Source of the DNA: Veleropilina oligotropha
Taxonomy: Eukaryota
DNA: 64,000 nt
Direction of reading: 5' to 3'
Assembly (NCBI GenBank): GCA_048128005.1
Contig: JBEUKZ010000101.1
Location: 124,001-188,000 of the forward strand
Of this stretch, positions 14,218 to 24,202 are shown piece after piece. The notes beneath the pieces were generated by a model. It ran no database searches, had not been told where the DNA came from, and saw only the letters and a list, made by a program, of their open reading frames with translations. Position 1 is the first letter of the stretch, and every line of letters begins with the position of its first letter. The translations under genes and the position numbers were made by a program.

Positions 14218-14884
14218 AGTACTGGCAGAAAGAAAATCTTGCCAAGAAAGTTAATATGACCTTGACCTTTAACATCATCTATCTGACTATGTGCAAGATG
14301 ACGACGACCGACACGAGTAACAGTCAAACACAAATCAGTATCTGAGCAGAGCAGCATGCTCTCTGCTCACACACTCCGCTCAAGTAAGTAGACTTTATTC
14401 TCATCTTCAAAGGAGATGCCCAAGTTGTAATTAATGTCAAGCTCAAATATACACAGACTTGCTCATTCGGCAAATATACATAAAACGTTTGTATACATAT
14501 ATGGTTAATATTTCACCATGAACGCATCAGACAAGCAATACATTCAAACCATAAAAATTAAGAAGACTCAATACATTGCATTTGAGAAGAGATTATGCAT
14601 AGTCGATGAGCAGTGTTCCGTTTTGTGTTTTGATTGTCCCAATCTGAGAAATGCTCCTATTACATTCATGATCTTGTATCTAAATCCTGCACCGCAATCA
14701 TATTTCAGCATGTTAACTAAAGTTTGAAACTTATCCCAAAACATCTTTCATATAATGTCCTGTACATATCATCCCTAAAATATCGGAGAATTAGCTGCCC
14801 GGTGAGATAAAAAAAAAGTTGTAGGACAGGATTAATAAAATGTTTTCAATATGAGGATTAAGAGTAATCCCTTGTATCTATAAT

Positions 14885-15090
14885 AATATACTTACGTCCT
14901 TACTAATGCCATAATAAGCCTATTATCGCTAAATCCGGACAAGGTGGAAATGGTAATTTCGCACTTTTTAGTAAATTGAACCCAGCTGACCCAGTGACCT
15001 GCTCGACCTCCTCCAGTTCATGTCTATTAAGAGCTCGCCAACTCCCGCGAGATCCTCGTGACCCAAGGGTCAAGACCTCATCCGAAGTTT
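14885..15090. repeat. DIRS 3' inverted terminal repeat (unique terminal extension 14849-14884)
   Basis: Reverse complement of 22039-22244; no mismatch seen. Confidence 0.95.
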
Positions 15091-15154
15091 ATGCAAACCC
15101 CAAGACAAAGAACTTATATAAGAGGGGAGGTGCGAAGCAGGGTGGGCCAAGTGG

Positions 15155-15244
15155 GTAAGGACGTAAGTATATTATTATAGATACAAGGGATTACTCTTAA
15201 TCCTCATATCTATATCAAATATACTTACGTCCTTACTAATGCCA
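15155..15244. other. DIRS internal complementary region (ICR)
   Basis: 15155-15209 is the reverse complement of 14849-14903; about 15206-15244 is the reverse complement of 22218-22256. Confidence 0.95.
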
Positions 15245-16030
15245 AGAATAACTTTGGTTGGCGGAGTTATAAGTTCCATACACCAAAATTAAAACTTACT
15301 TGTTACCAGAAGACGACGCTGTAGCGTTGAGATCGAGTCCGTTCAGAGTGGATTTTACTGAGCATCAAATCTACCCTTACCCCGAGGTGAGATTTCGACC
15401 AAGAAATCTGGGAAAACACGCCAGGGATGTTAGTCGGACAGGTAACACGAAAGTGCATGTAGCTCCGGACACCGGCGGAAGGTATACCTTGAGGCACTCG
15501 TGTCATGAGCAAAGACAGTGATCTGAATATTCCGGACTCAAAGGTCGGCAGACAGAAAACTGCAAGACGTGGTTTTTAGAAGCACCCGAACCTAGGCAGG
15601 TAGATAGTGTTATAAAACCGTGACAATTATCAATAGATTGAAGAAAATTTCAATAACTTCATCTTGAAAAATAAAGTTTTGCATGTCTAACTTGCAAAAT
15701 GTCAACATGAAACATGTTACTTAAATAATTTTAAGTAGAGAATAATATTAAAATTTCTCAATGTACGCACATTGAAATGTTCTGCGACAGCAAAGAGAAC
15801 ATTTTAAGAAATAATATTATTTACAAAAAACATTTTTAAGCTTTAATAATATAAATGTCGACATCCAATGTGGGCATTGCTTCATATTAACTCAGTATGA
15901 ATAAATAAATTCAATTTCTTAATCAGTTTAAGAAAGAAATACATTGGAGTAAATTCTAATGGTGATTTCAATGTACACAAATAGAATTACATTATATTAC
16001 CTCAGTGTCTGGTAAAATTCCTAAAACCAA

Positions 16031-19018
16031 TCACTGTCGGGATGACCCAGATCCCGTGATACATTGTTGTCCTGCCGCCACAAAGGAAATCCGATGTTCA
16101 CCCTCAGCCGTGGTCGCATAATCATGCAGGTAAAAGCGAACAAAGGTATTTGCGTTCTTCCAGTAACAAGCCTTTAAGATTTCATTGATATTCAAATTAT
16201 ATTTGAAGGCAAGCGAAGTGGCAACTGCACGTGTCTCGTGCGCGTGAATTGAAACGAGATCTCGTTCTGGCTCATTGGACCGAGAGTAAATCTCTTTTAC
16301 AACAGAGACTATCCAACGTGAAACAGTCGATTTGCGAATGTCGCGGTGGAATTGAGGCATATGGCTAACGAATAAACGCTTTTTACCGTGCCGTAGGTCT
16401 CGGGTCTTATCCAGGTAGAATCTCAACGCGCGGACCGGGCAGTTGAGGCGGTCGATATCATTTCTATCCAGCATGGAGAGGTTACGGATACAAACCTCGG
16501 GACTGATATCTTCAGGTCGTTGTGTCTTCGCTAGGAAGCCAAGGACAGTATGCAGCGTCACCGACCCATTGGTGTGGAAGTGTATGTCTCGAAGCTCTCC
16601 GGATAAAGCGTGTATCTCCGATGCCCTGTTACCGGTGGCAAGCGCGGTAAGAAATACGGTCTTATAAGTAAGATTTTTGAGGGAACAATCACTCATAGGC
16701 TCGTACGGGCATCTAAGTAAAGCATTGAGAACTAACAAAACATTCCAAGCGGGCGGTCGCACCCGCTGAATGGGCCGTTCGAGTTGATAGGAGCGTATGA
16801 AAGCCGATATAGTCTTGTCGGTAGACAAGCGGGTGTGCTCGCGGCATTGCCGTAACGTTGTAGCTACGCATGAACGGTAGCCTTTGACTGCGGAAATTGA
16901 CATTCCCCGTTCTAGCAACGACGATAAGAACTCGATAAATTTTGTCACAGGGGGGCGGAATATATTGACTTGCCGCCCGCGACACCAATCCACAAACTTT
17001 TTCCATCGGTAGTCATATACCCTTGTTGTAGATTGTCTTCTAGATCGGTAAATGCGCTGGGCTGTCGCTCTAGAAAAGCCTTTCTTAATGAGCGATCTCT
17101 CGATAGTCGCCAGGCGTGAAAGTGAAACTCGTTCGCCGACGGGTGTAGAACCCGACTGCGCGGTTGCGATAACAGGTCTGTCATCTGCGGTAGCGCTCGC
17201 GGCTGATCGATGAGTAGATCCAGAAGTGTCGGAAACCAGGACTGCGTGCGTTGTAGAGGTGCTATAAGCGTCAACTCGCAGTCTTCGCGGGTCGCTTTCC
17301 GTAGTACTTGTGCCAACATGCACGACGGTGGGAAGGCGTAGGCGATCAGATTCTCCCATCTCATTGACAGAGCGTCGACCGCTATAGCGGCCGGGTCCGG
17401 GTAAGGAGACACATAGAGAGGGAGTCGGTGATTGTATTCGGTTGCGAATAGATCGACTTGAGGCGTCGACCACAGGCGACAGACATCTCGGGCTACACGG
17501 GCGTGTAGCGTCCACTCTGTGTGTATAATCTGTGTTTTCCGAGAGAGCGTATCCGCTCTGACATTCAGCTTCCCCGGGATGTGTCGGGCTCGAATTGACG
17601 AGTTGAGTGACATCACTAGGCGGTGTAGGTCGATCGCTCGGTCGCAAAGCGGACGGGAGCGAGTGCCGCCCTGGTGCTGGATGTAAGCGACGACAGTCGT
17701 GTTGTCCGTTGCTAGCATTATGTGCTTGTTTCGGAGATGTGACGAGAGGGACTGTACTGACAGGAAGACGGCTTCTAACTCTAGGAAGTTGATGTGTCGT
17801 CCCTGAAGGTCCGTAGGCCAGAGGCCCGATGTCTCGTGACTGTCGAGGTGCCCTCCCCAGCCCTCGTTTGACGCGTCCGTGAAGAGGTAGGCGTTCGGTT
17901 CTGGGGGGGATATTGGAACCGACTGGCTCGGCAGGGTAGTGTTCAACCACACTGCTGTCGTGCGATTGAACCAATGCCGTAGATCGATGCGATCCGTCCA
18001 CTGTCCCGTACGTTGTATCCAGCGGTCCTTGAAGGCCTGCTGCAACGGTCGTTTGTCCATGCGACCCGTCGGTAACAGGGGAGCTACCGACTCGATGTGC
18101 CCTAGGACAGTGGCCAGTCGTCGCGCCGTAGTTATCCGTGAAGACTTTGTGTCCAGTATAACTGCGCGTAGGTTCTCTATACGTTTCTGAGTCGGTTTCG
18201 CGGTGTACCGGACCGTGTCGAATTCGACTCCTAGAAATATAAACGTCGTCGAGGGCACGAAGCAGGATTTGTCGTTGTTGATCTGTAATCCAAGGCGCTT
18301 CGCCGATGACAGGGTAACGCTCATAGACTGGAGGCACTGATCCCGGGACGCCCCGAGAATCAACCAGTCGTCGAGGTACATGTGTACTCTGTGCCCTTGC
18401 GAGTGTAGGAAGGCTCCGAGGGCCTGTACTACCCGCGTGAAGACGTACGGGGCTGATGATAGACCGAACGGTAGACACCTGAATTGGTAGACCGTTCCCC
18501 CGTGAACAAACCGTAGGTACCGGTGAGCCGAGACGTGCATCGGAACGTGTAGGTACGCATCGGTCAAGTCGATAGACGCTGCCCAGTCGCCCGGACGGAT
18601 GGCCGTTCGTATCTTCGAGAGTGTTTCTTGCTTGAACTTCTCGGTACGAAGATACTGGTTGAGGAACGACAGATCGAGGATCGGTCGCCAACGGCCACCG
18701 GGTTTCGGGACCAGGAAAAAGTGGCTGTAATATCCTGGTGTGCTGGGCGGCGCGGGATAGATCGCTCTCTTGGAGAGTAAATCCCGCACTGCCTGGTCTA
18801 GGACGGCTTGTTTCTCTCCTATCAGGAGACGAGCGCGTCCTGGTGGTGGTGTCGCGTCTAGGGTTGGATGCCGGTCGAATGCCAACTTGTATCCGGCACT
18901 CACGACTGAGTGAACCCAGTTGTCCTCTGTCATTTCTAGCCAGGACAGGCTGTACTCTGACAGACACGCTCCCACCGGCGGAAGCATGCAACTGAGCTCG
19001 TCGCGAGCGCCGGCAACC
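16031..19018 (-). CDS. DIRS tyrosine recombinase reading frame (YR domain in the C-terminal ~360 aa; first ATG at 17359)
   Basis: R (GNRASE), HxxR (HETR), W (CYW) and Y (RFY) residues, CPVRAL motif, N-terminal integrase-type Y...W..F..W; frame open back to the gag stop. Confidence 0.93.
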   Translation of the reverse strand, partial: GCRRSRRAQLHASAGGSVSVRVQPVLARNDRGQLGSLSRECRIQVGIRPASNPRRDTTTRTRSSPDRRETSRPRPGSAGFTLQESDLSRAAQHTRILQPLFPGPETRWPLATDPRSVVPQPVSSYREVQARNTLEDTNGHPSGRLGSVYRLDRCVPTRSDARLGSPVPTVCSRGNGLPIQVSTVRSIISPVRLHAGSTGPRSLPTLARAQSTHVPRRLVDSRGVPGSVPPVYERYPVIGEAPWITDQQRQILLRALDDVYISRSRIRHGPVHRETDSETYREPTRSYTGHKVFTDNYGATTGHCPRAHRVGSSPVTDGSHGQTTVAAGLQGPLDTTYGTVDGSHRSTALVQSHDSSVVEHYPAEPVGSNIPPRTERLPLHGRVKRGLGRAPRQSRDIGPLAYGPSGTTHQLPRVRSRLPVSTVPLVTSPKQAHNASNGQHDCRRLHPAPGRHSLPSALRPSDRPTPPSDVTQLVNSSPTHPGEAECQSGYALSENTDYTHRVDATRPCSPRCLSPVVDASSRSIRNRIQSPTPSLCVSLPGPGRYSGRRSVNEMGESDRLRLPTVVHVGTSTTESDPRRLRVDAYSTSTTHAVLVSDTSGSTHRSAASATADDRPVIATAQSGSTPVGERVSLSRLATIERSLIKKGFSRATAQRIYRSRRQSTTRVYDYRWKKFVDWCRGRQVNIFRPPVTKFIEFLSSLLERGMSISAVKGYRSCVATTLRQCREHTRLSTDKTISAFIRSYQLERPIQRVRPPAWNVLLVLNALLRCPYEPMSDCSLKNLTYKTVFLTALATGNRASEIHALSGELRDIHFHTNGSVTLHTVLGFLAKTQRPEDISPEVCIRNLSMLDRNDIDRLNCPVRALRFYLDKTRDLRHGKKRLFVSHMPQFHRDIRKSTVSRWIVSVVKEIYSRSNEPERDLVSIHAHETRAVATSLAFKYNLNINEILKACYWKNANTFVRFYLHDYATTAEGEHRISFVAAGQQCITGSGSSRQ
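16945..18987 (-). CDS. DIRS pol: reverse transcriptase, RNase H and methyltransferase-like domain
   Basis: MLPPVG start, IDLTDAYLH, LPFGLSSAP, YLDD, FTDAS..GWG, HINFLELEA, TDNTT, HIPGKLN.RAD.LSR, VDLFAT, YAFPP; frame open up to 19305. Confidence 0.96.
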   Translation of the reverse strand: MLPPVGACLSEYSLSWLEMTEDNWVHSVVSAGYKLAFDRHPTLDATPPPGRARLLIGEKQAVLDQAVRDLLSKRAIYPAPPSTPGYYSHFFLVPKPGGRWRPILDLSFLNQYLRTEKFKQETLSKIRTAIRPGDWAASIDLTDAYLHVPMHVSAHRYLRFVHGGTVYQFRCLPFGLSSAPYVFTRVVQALGAFLHSQGHRVHMYLDDWLILGASRDQCLQSMSVTLSSAKRLGLQINNDKSCFVPSTTFIFLGVEFDTVRYTAKPTQKRIENLRAVILDTKSSRITTARRLATVLGHIESVAPLLPTGRMDKRPLQQAFKDRWIQRTGQWTDRIDLRHWFNRTTAVWLNTTLPSQSVPISPPEPNAYLFTDASNEGWGGHLDSHETSGLWPTDLQGRHINFLELEAVFLSVQSLSSHLRNKHIMLATDNTTVVAYIQHQGGTRSRPLCDRAIDLHRLVMSLNSSIRARHIPGKLNVRADTLSRKTQIIHTEWTLHARVARDVCRLWSTPQVDLFATEYNHRLPLYVSPYPDPAAIAVDALSMRWENLIAYAFPPSCMLAQVLRKATREDCELTLIAPLQRTQSWFPTLLDLLIDQPRALPQMTDLLSQPRSRVLHPSANEFHFHAWRLSRDRSLRKAFLERQPSAFTDLEDNLQQGYMTTDGKSLWIGVAGGKSIYSAPL

Positions 19019-21250
19019 CTAGGGCCGCGGCTTCCCTCTCCCGCTCTGACGGGATTTCGTCGGAGGTGCTTTCTTCGCAACAGGTTTGTTGGCCTGAGAA
19101 GGCCGACCCGGCGAAGGTTTAGCACGCTTGGAAGGCGTATGAGACCGGGACGGTCTCGAGCGCTTCCTAGAGGTAGCAGTCGGCGTGCTCCGAGGAGTAG
19201 CCAAGACTGCCTTCTCGATTGCGCGATCCTTGAGGTCAGCCGCTCGCTTCTCGACAAATTCGGGGAATTTGTCGCCGAAGAGAGTAGAGGCCGACAACGG
19301 TACACAACGTAGAGACAGCCGGGTGGCGTCGTCTAGGGTGGTGCCGTCTAGGCAAGCGTCTCTACGAAGTAGGACAGCATTGCCTAAGGATCGGGCTGAC
19401 TCCGACGCGGAGTGCTCCGTGGAGGCGGCAACCTCTTCGAGAAAGGACAGTGCGATCTCACGAGCGCGGGGTCCGTTCTCTTGTAGTACGGTAATGGCTC
19501 CGTCTAGGAAAAAATCCTGGATAGAGGCATGCCGTAGAGCCCGACGAGCGGAGCTCTCAAAGCCCTCCATGGCGACCCATGGGACTTTGACCACTGAGGG
19601 AGCTGTGCTGGCCGACAGTCGACGCATCGCTGCATCGATCTGAACCGGCTCAGTCTCCAGACACGCCCCAGAGCATCCGATCGAAATCGGACGCTTACCG
19701 GGTCGGAGGTACTTCCCTTTACGGAGACCACGAGGGTACTCTGTTAATGAGGAAGTCTCCACCGATTTGGGTCCCTGAATGGATTTGGTCGCCGAGTCGA
19801 GGACGAGCGAGACCAACCCAGACTGGGGTAGGGTAGGAAGCAGGGGGGCTTCCGGCCCATCAAATCGACGTGCCGCTGTCCTGTGCTTGACGAAGCCTAC
19901 CGGCAGAGCCGGGTCTGGCAAGTCTAGCACCCCGCGAAGCGACGCGACAGCGTCGTATCTTCTGCGGGTGGCGGAGATGGTCTCATGCGTGCCCGACTGA
20001 CTACAAGAGTCGTCGGGTCCGACCGATTCAGGGAGGTCAGAGTGAGTAGAAGCACTGTCCTCGTCGGAACGAGGATCGACTTCCATCACCGAAGCATGAG
20101 CAGAGCCCGGCGTTACGGTCAGAGACGTTGGGACCTGGGGCGGCTGGGTAGCCGGTTGCCAGGACCTACAACGTGCCTCGACTTCCATCGCAATCATTGC
20201 CTGGACGCTCTCAAGAGAGAAACCCGGAGGCATGACGGACGTCGGACCAACAGCCATTGGTCCGCTCGAGGTTACCGTAGCGCATGGGGGACGGGCTGCA
20301 CGGACAGGTGGAGCCGAGTACCAGGGACTCGGGTTACCTGTCGGGAAACCGCTACCAGGGAAACGGCCCGGAGGCGCGTTAAACGGTGCGAGCGACCCGT
20401 AAGACTGCGACCACAGTCTATACGGGTCTGTAACCCTGCTCGGGTGAGGCACGGGGGTATACCCGCCGTAGGCCTCAGCCCCGAACGCAGCCGGTCCTAC
20501 CACACCACCCGGGACGTCTTGAAAAGAACCGTCAGAGGAGGTTGGCCTTCCATCACTCTCGTGGGCCCCGACAGTGGCGGAATTAGCCTTTAAGCTAGCG
20601 CCATTGTCGGACGAGAGGACGGGTTGCGTCGAGCGTCTGGGACTTCGACGACGGTCGTGGTGCCCAGCAACTGTATCGACTTTCTCTGCTAGTCTCCTTC
20701 GCCTCGTTTCCGAGGTTACTTGACTCACAGAAGGACTAACGCTGCCTTGCTCCTCCGAGGCCGGAGGAGAGGCAAGGTTTTGTCTGCCCTGTACAGCTTT
20801 TCGCCGCGGCGCTCGATGTATCTCACTGGCCGGCAAGATACTTTGAGCAGCGGTTACTAGGCCCAAAGGAGAGGTATCGGTCGGCGCTCGGGCCCTTACC
20901 TGAATCTGAGATCCCGACGATTCCGGGACTTTCCCCAAAGTCTCGGAGGTGTCGTCGGGCCCACCACGGCTACCATCAAGAGGGTCTGAAAGAGAAAGTG
21001 AAGGGTTAAAACCTGTCTCTAGCCTCTGGAGCTTCTCGGTGGATGCCCCCTCGGAAGAAGATACCCTGGTTGTCTTCTCCGGAGGGAAAAGAGTCTCCCA
21101 CTGCCGACTCGTCAGTGTTACGCAATGCCCACATGGATGGTCCTTATCGCTAGAACATACACGGTGAAAAGTGCATTCGGAGTGCTTGTCAAAACCACGG
21201 ATTTTCTGTCTGCACTCGGAAACACTGCAATGCTTCATAGCTACACACAC
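19019..21250 (-). CDS. DIRS gag-like ORF1 (about 740 aa; ATG at 21238)
   Basis: N-terminal Cys/His finger (C-x4-C...DxHxxC..H..C...CxxC), low-complexity middle, LLRRD...LR..P....LFG C-terminal block, basic tail; position upstream of pol. Confidence 0.9.
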   Translation of the reverse strand: MCVAMKHCSVSECRQKIRGFDKHSECTFHRVCSSDKDHPCGHCVTLTSRQWETLFPPEKTTRVSSSEGASTEKLQRLETGFNPSLSLSDPLDGSRGGPDDTSETLGKVPESSGSQIQVRARAPTDTSPLGLVTAAQSILPASEIHRAPRRKAVQGRQNLASPPASEEQGSVSPSVSQVTSETRRRRLAEKVDTVAGHHDRRRSPRRSTQPVLSSDNGASLKANSATVGAHESDGRPTSSDGSFQDVPGGVVGPAAFGAEAYGGYTPVPHPSRVTDPYRLWSQSYGSLAPFNAPPGRFPGSGFPTGNPSPWYSAPPVRAARPPCATVTSSGPMAVGPTSVMPPGFSLESVQAMIAMEVEARCRSWQPATQPPQVPTSLTVTPGSAHASVMEVDPRSDEDSASTHSDLPESVGPDDSCSQSGTHETISATRRRYDAVASLRGVLDLPDPALPVGFVKHRTAARRFDGPEAPLLPTLPQSGLVSLVLDSATKSIQGPKSVETSSLTEYPRGLRKGKYLRPGKRPISIGCSGACLETEPVQIDAAMRRLSASTAPSVVKVPWVAMEGFESSARRALRHASIQDFFLDGAITVLQENGPRAREIALSFLEEVAASTEHSASESARSLGNAVLLRRDACLDGTTLDDATRLSLRCVPLSASTLFGDKFPEFVEKRAADLKDRAIEKAVLATPRSTPTATSRKRSRPSRSHTPSKRAKPSPGRPSQANKPVAKKAPPTKSRQSGRGKPRP

Positions 21251-22038
21251 GGGTAGGTAGGAGATAGGGTTTCTGAAGTGATAAGGGTATTTCCCGGGTA
21301 GTTTACCAAATGACTACTACAACCTTGATTGTACCTGATCCGAGAGTTGGAAAAGGCTGAAATACGCTTAGAACTTACGGCGGATTATACGCCCAAAAAC
21401 ACCGACTTTATATTTTTACTTTTTAAAAACCAGTCGGTCAACGAATTGAGAAACGGGAGGTCTTTCTTTTTAAGAAACCGCCCTTTTACACCTAAAAACC
21501 TCTTGGATGTATATATATCAATTTGTTAGAATTCGGCGTGTTATCCCCGATTTAGCAGATTTACCAAAATAACGCTAGTTAAATTCTAAATAATCTGCTT
21601 TTCAACGACGATAAATTTGATTACATAAATTTATAGCAAGAAAAAAGTCGTTGAGGAATTATCGTATATATAAATGAAATGCAATGCAAATTCAAGCAAT
21701 ATCAATAATCAACTCTCTTATCCTGACTCCGTAGTAATTGCTAGGGAGCTTCCTTCTTTAAATATCCCTCTGTGCGTCCTCTTTTCTTTCTGTTTCAGAA
21801 GTCCAAGATGGCATCGTCAATGGAGGATGTCGATTTCGTTTTCTGTCCTTTTCAGGCAGGAAAAACTTCTAAGAAGGCGTCTTATTCAGGAGGAGACTCT
21901 CAGACTTTCCACTAAACGTGTTCACAACACTATATTAGATCTTATGAGCTATAGATTATTAAAATCGGGCTCGAAAAAGATCGAAAAATCACAAAGATTG
22001 TGGAGCAAAGCAAAACGCGACTTGTACAATCGAGCGGA

Positions 22039-22244
22039 AAACTTCGGATGAGGTCTTGACCCTTGGGTCACGAGGATCTCGCGGGAGTTGGCGAGCTCTT
22101 AATAGACATGAACTGGAGGAGGTCGAGCAGGTCACTGGGTCAGCTGGGTTCAATTTACTAAAAAGTGCGAAATTACCATTTCCACCTTGTCCGGATTTAG
22201 CGATAATAGGCTTATTATGGCATTAGTAAGGACGTAAGTATATT
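22039..22244. repeat. DIRS 5' inverted terminal repeat
   Basis: Reverse complement of 14885-15090. Confidence 0.95.
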
Positions 22245-22426
22245 TGATATAGATATATTGCTATTTCATGTCAAAGCCTTGAAAACTTGAAAATAAATCA
22301 ATGTCTAATTGTAGTATATAGCTGACATTCAATTTTGATGCAAAACGTGTCATGTTGTCATTGTTCGTTTCACTTCACAGCATGGGTTTGACCGTTGTCC
22401 TATGCATAGGAGTCTAAGTTTCCTGA

Positions 22427-22660
22427 TCAATCTGACAGGTCCAGCTTCCACTTTTCTTCATCTTCTTTCCGGGCGTCTGGGACCAGCTGATTCCGCATTC
22501 CTCCGAGAACATTTGACGTTGCCTCCGAAACGATGATGAACGGTTGGAGAACCGTCGGTGGGATCTGTCGCAGGACGCCTCCGACCGCCCCGGTTATTCC
22601 CTTCTCACTGTGGCCCACCGTTGCGCCCGAGACGATGTTGTTGGCCGTCTCGGAGATGCC
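22427..22660 (-). CDS. ATG2: ATG2 terminal coding exon (GISETANN...GAVGGVLRQIPP...EATSNVLGGMRNQLVPDARKEDEEKWK..stop)
   Basis: Recognisable ATG2 C-terminal (ATG_C) sequence; TTTCAG acceptor; phase 0. Confidence 0.95.
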   Translation of the reverse strand, partial: GISETANNIVSGATVGHSEKGITGAVGGVLRQIPPTVLQPFIIVSEATSNVLGGMRNQLVPDARKEDEEKWKLDLSD

Positions 22661-23559
22661 CTGAAACACAGTTATGTCCCTTCTTGTAAATTTAATCAGC
22701 ATGGAAATAGTTAGTCTAAGATTTATGCAGTATCTCCAGCAAGGCGATCTCAAAAAAATATACCCAAAATATGTATACAATTGTCAAAAGCTTGTGGACA
22801 TAAGCAGGTCGAGTAAAATAAAAGTAGCATCTTTGTTACAATATGATGTCTAGGGGCTTAATGAGTTGAACTTATTGCACTGAGAGACACTGCCAAAAGA
22901 GATTGTGACCTAGTGATCTGATGTAATTGAATGTATCTTATCAATAACAGTTAGAAGTAAGTTATCGACGTCGCATATTGTTTATGAAAGCCCAAATGTT
23001 TAGATCAGTGAAAGTGATTAATGGCTAATAGGTTCATGACAAATGACGCCAGTATTCTGTTCTTTCTAGACGTAATGTCATATGGGTCAATTTGTTTCTC
23101 GGAGTCGCTTGTGTGCATTTATGATGCAATATTGGAAGAGTTTATTTAAAGGGTAGATTAAACTTTGTGGGAGAGTTCAAAGTAAGCTAAATTATTGGCT
23201 TAGACGAGGGTGTGTCTCGGGCCAGAGAATACGGTATCTAGGGAGCACATCAAAGTGCGGGGCTTGACTTGTATATAATGTGTAGTTAGAATCTGTATAA
23301 CTACGGTATGCTCCGCTTCAGCAATATGTAATCCAATAACCGATGTACCTTGTAACTAATGGATTATTTAAAATGGGTAGTCAAGAATGTTCTACCGACT
23401 TCGTCTTCCAGTAGAACACAGGCAGTGAGATGTAACTCTACCACTCCACAGGATAGCGTCTTGTCACGGGGACATCTATCGTATAACACCGCGTTCTAGC
23501 ATGGATATCACAACGGTCCTTAATGTTGGAATGACCAGCGTTGGCTGAGTTGGACACTA

Positions 23560-23780
23560 GACATTAACAGAGAATCACCAGAGTAGATAGTTATCTGGGA
23601 ATGGCTTATCACCAACGAACTATTATATTCCATGTGATTGTAGACGACACGGAGTGAGAGATCGATTAGCCTCTCTCCGGACATTAACGAACAGATTAGC
23701 CTTTTGTCCTGTTATGAGGTGTTGAGAACGCAGCTGATACATGACGTCCTATCAGTGTCTACAGCCTCGGCCTTGTAACA
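23560..23780. repeat. Interspersed repeat; inverted copy at 34880-35065; may be an LTR end (TGTTACA on minus)
   Basis: Clear similarity between the two loci; element class not established. Confidence 0.55.
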
Positions 23781-24014
23781 TCTTTTACACTACAGAGTCA
23801 TTTCGACTGCTCCGCTTACACTATACATTACAGTTCACCAAATATAGCTGCATGCAGTACAAATTGAGTTACGTTTCACCGAAGGTCGTTACAAACGCTA
23901 TATGCCCAGCCCAATGTTAAGTTGTGGACATAAAAATATATTGTCCATCATAACCTATGGCACAAGAAGCAAAGCGCATTTTAAAATCAGCAGTACAAAA
24001 TAAATTAGTTTGTT

Positions 24015-24202
24015 ACCTCTTGCACGATGCATGTACGCGTTCGTCATGCCCTCCCTCATGTCTGCTGGGTGATTGGGCTTACCTCTCGCACGACGATGTA
24101 CGCATTCGTCATACCTTCCCTCATGTCTGCCGGGTGATTGGGCTTACCTCTCGCACGACGATGTACGCATTCGTCATGCCCTCCCTCATGTCTGCCGGGT
24201 GA
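24015..24202 (-). repeat. 65/66-bp tandem duplication of ATG2 exon end plus donor (3 copies)
   Basis: Direct repeats each ending GAG|GTAA. Confidence 0.9.

Larger units (their letters stand above)
14849..22256 (-). mobile_element. Full-length DIRS1-like tyrosine-recombinase retrotransposon
   Basis: gag, RT/RNaseH/MT and YR ORFs intact; 206-bp ITRs; ICR complementary to both ends; ATAT shared at both ends and at the ICR junction. Confidence 0.97.

Noticed and set aside
17607..21167. Plus-strand ORFs inside the DIRS
   Set aside because: Antisense shadows of GC-rich coding sequence with no recognisable motifs
21674..22051. 125-aa plus-strand ORF in the DIRS leader
   Set aside because: No recognisable domain; antisense to the element
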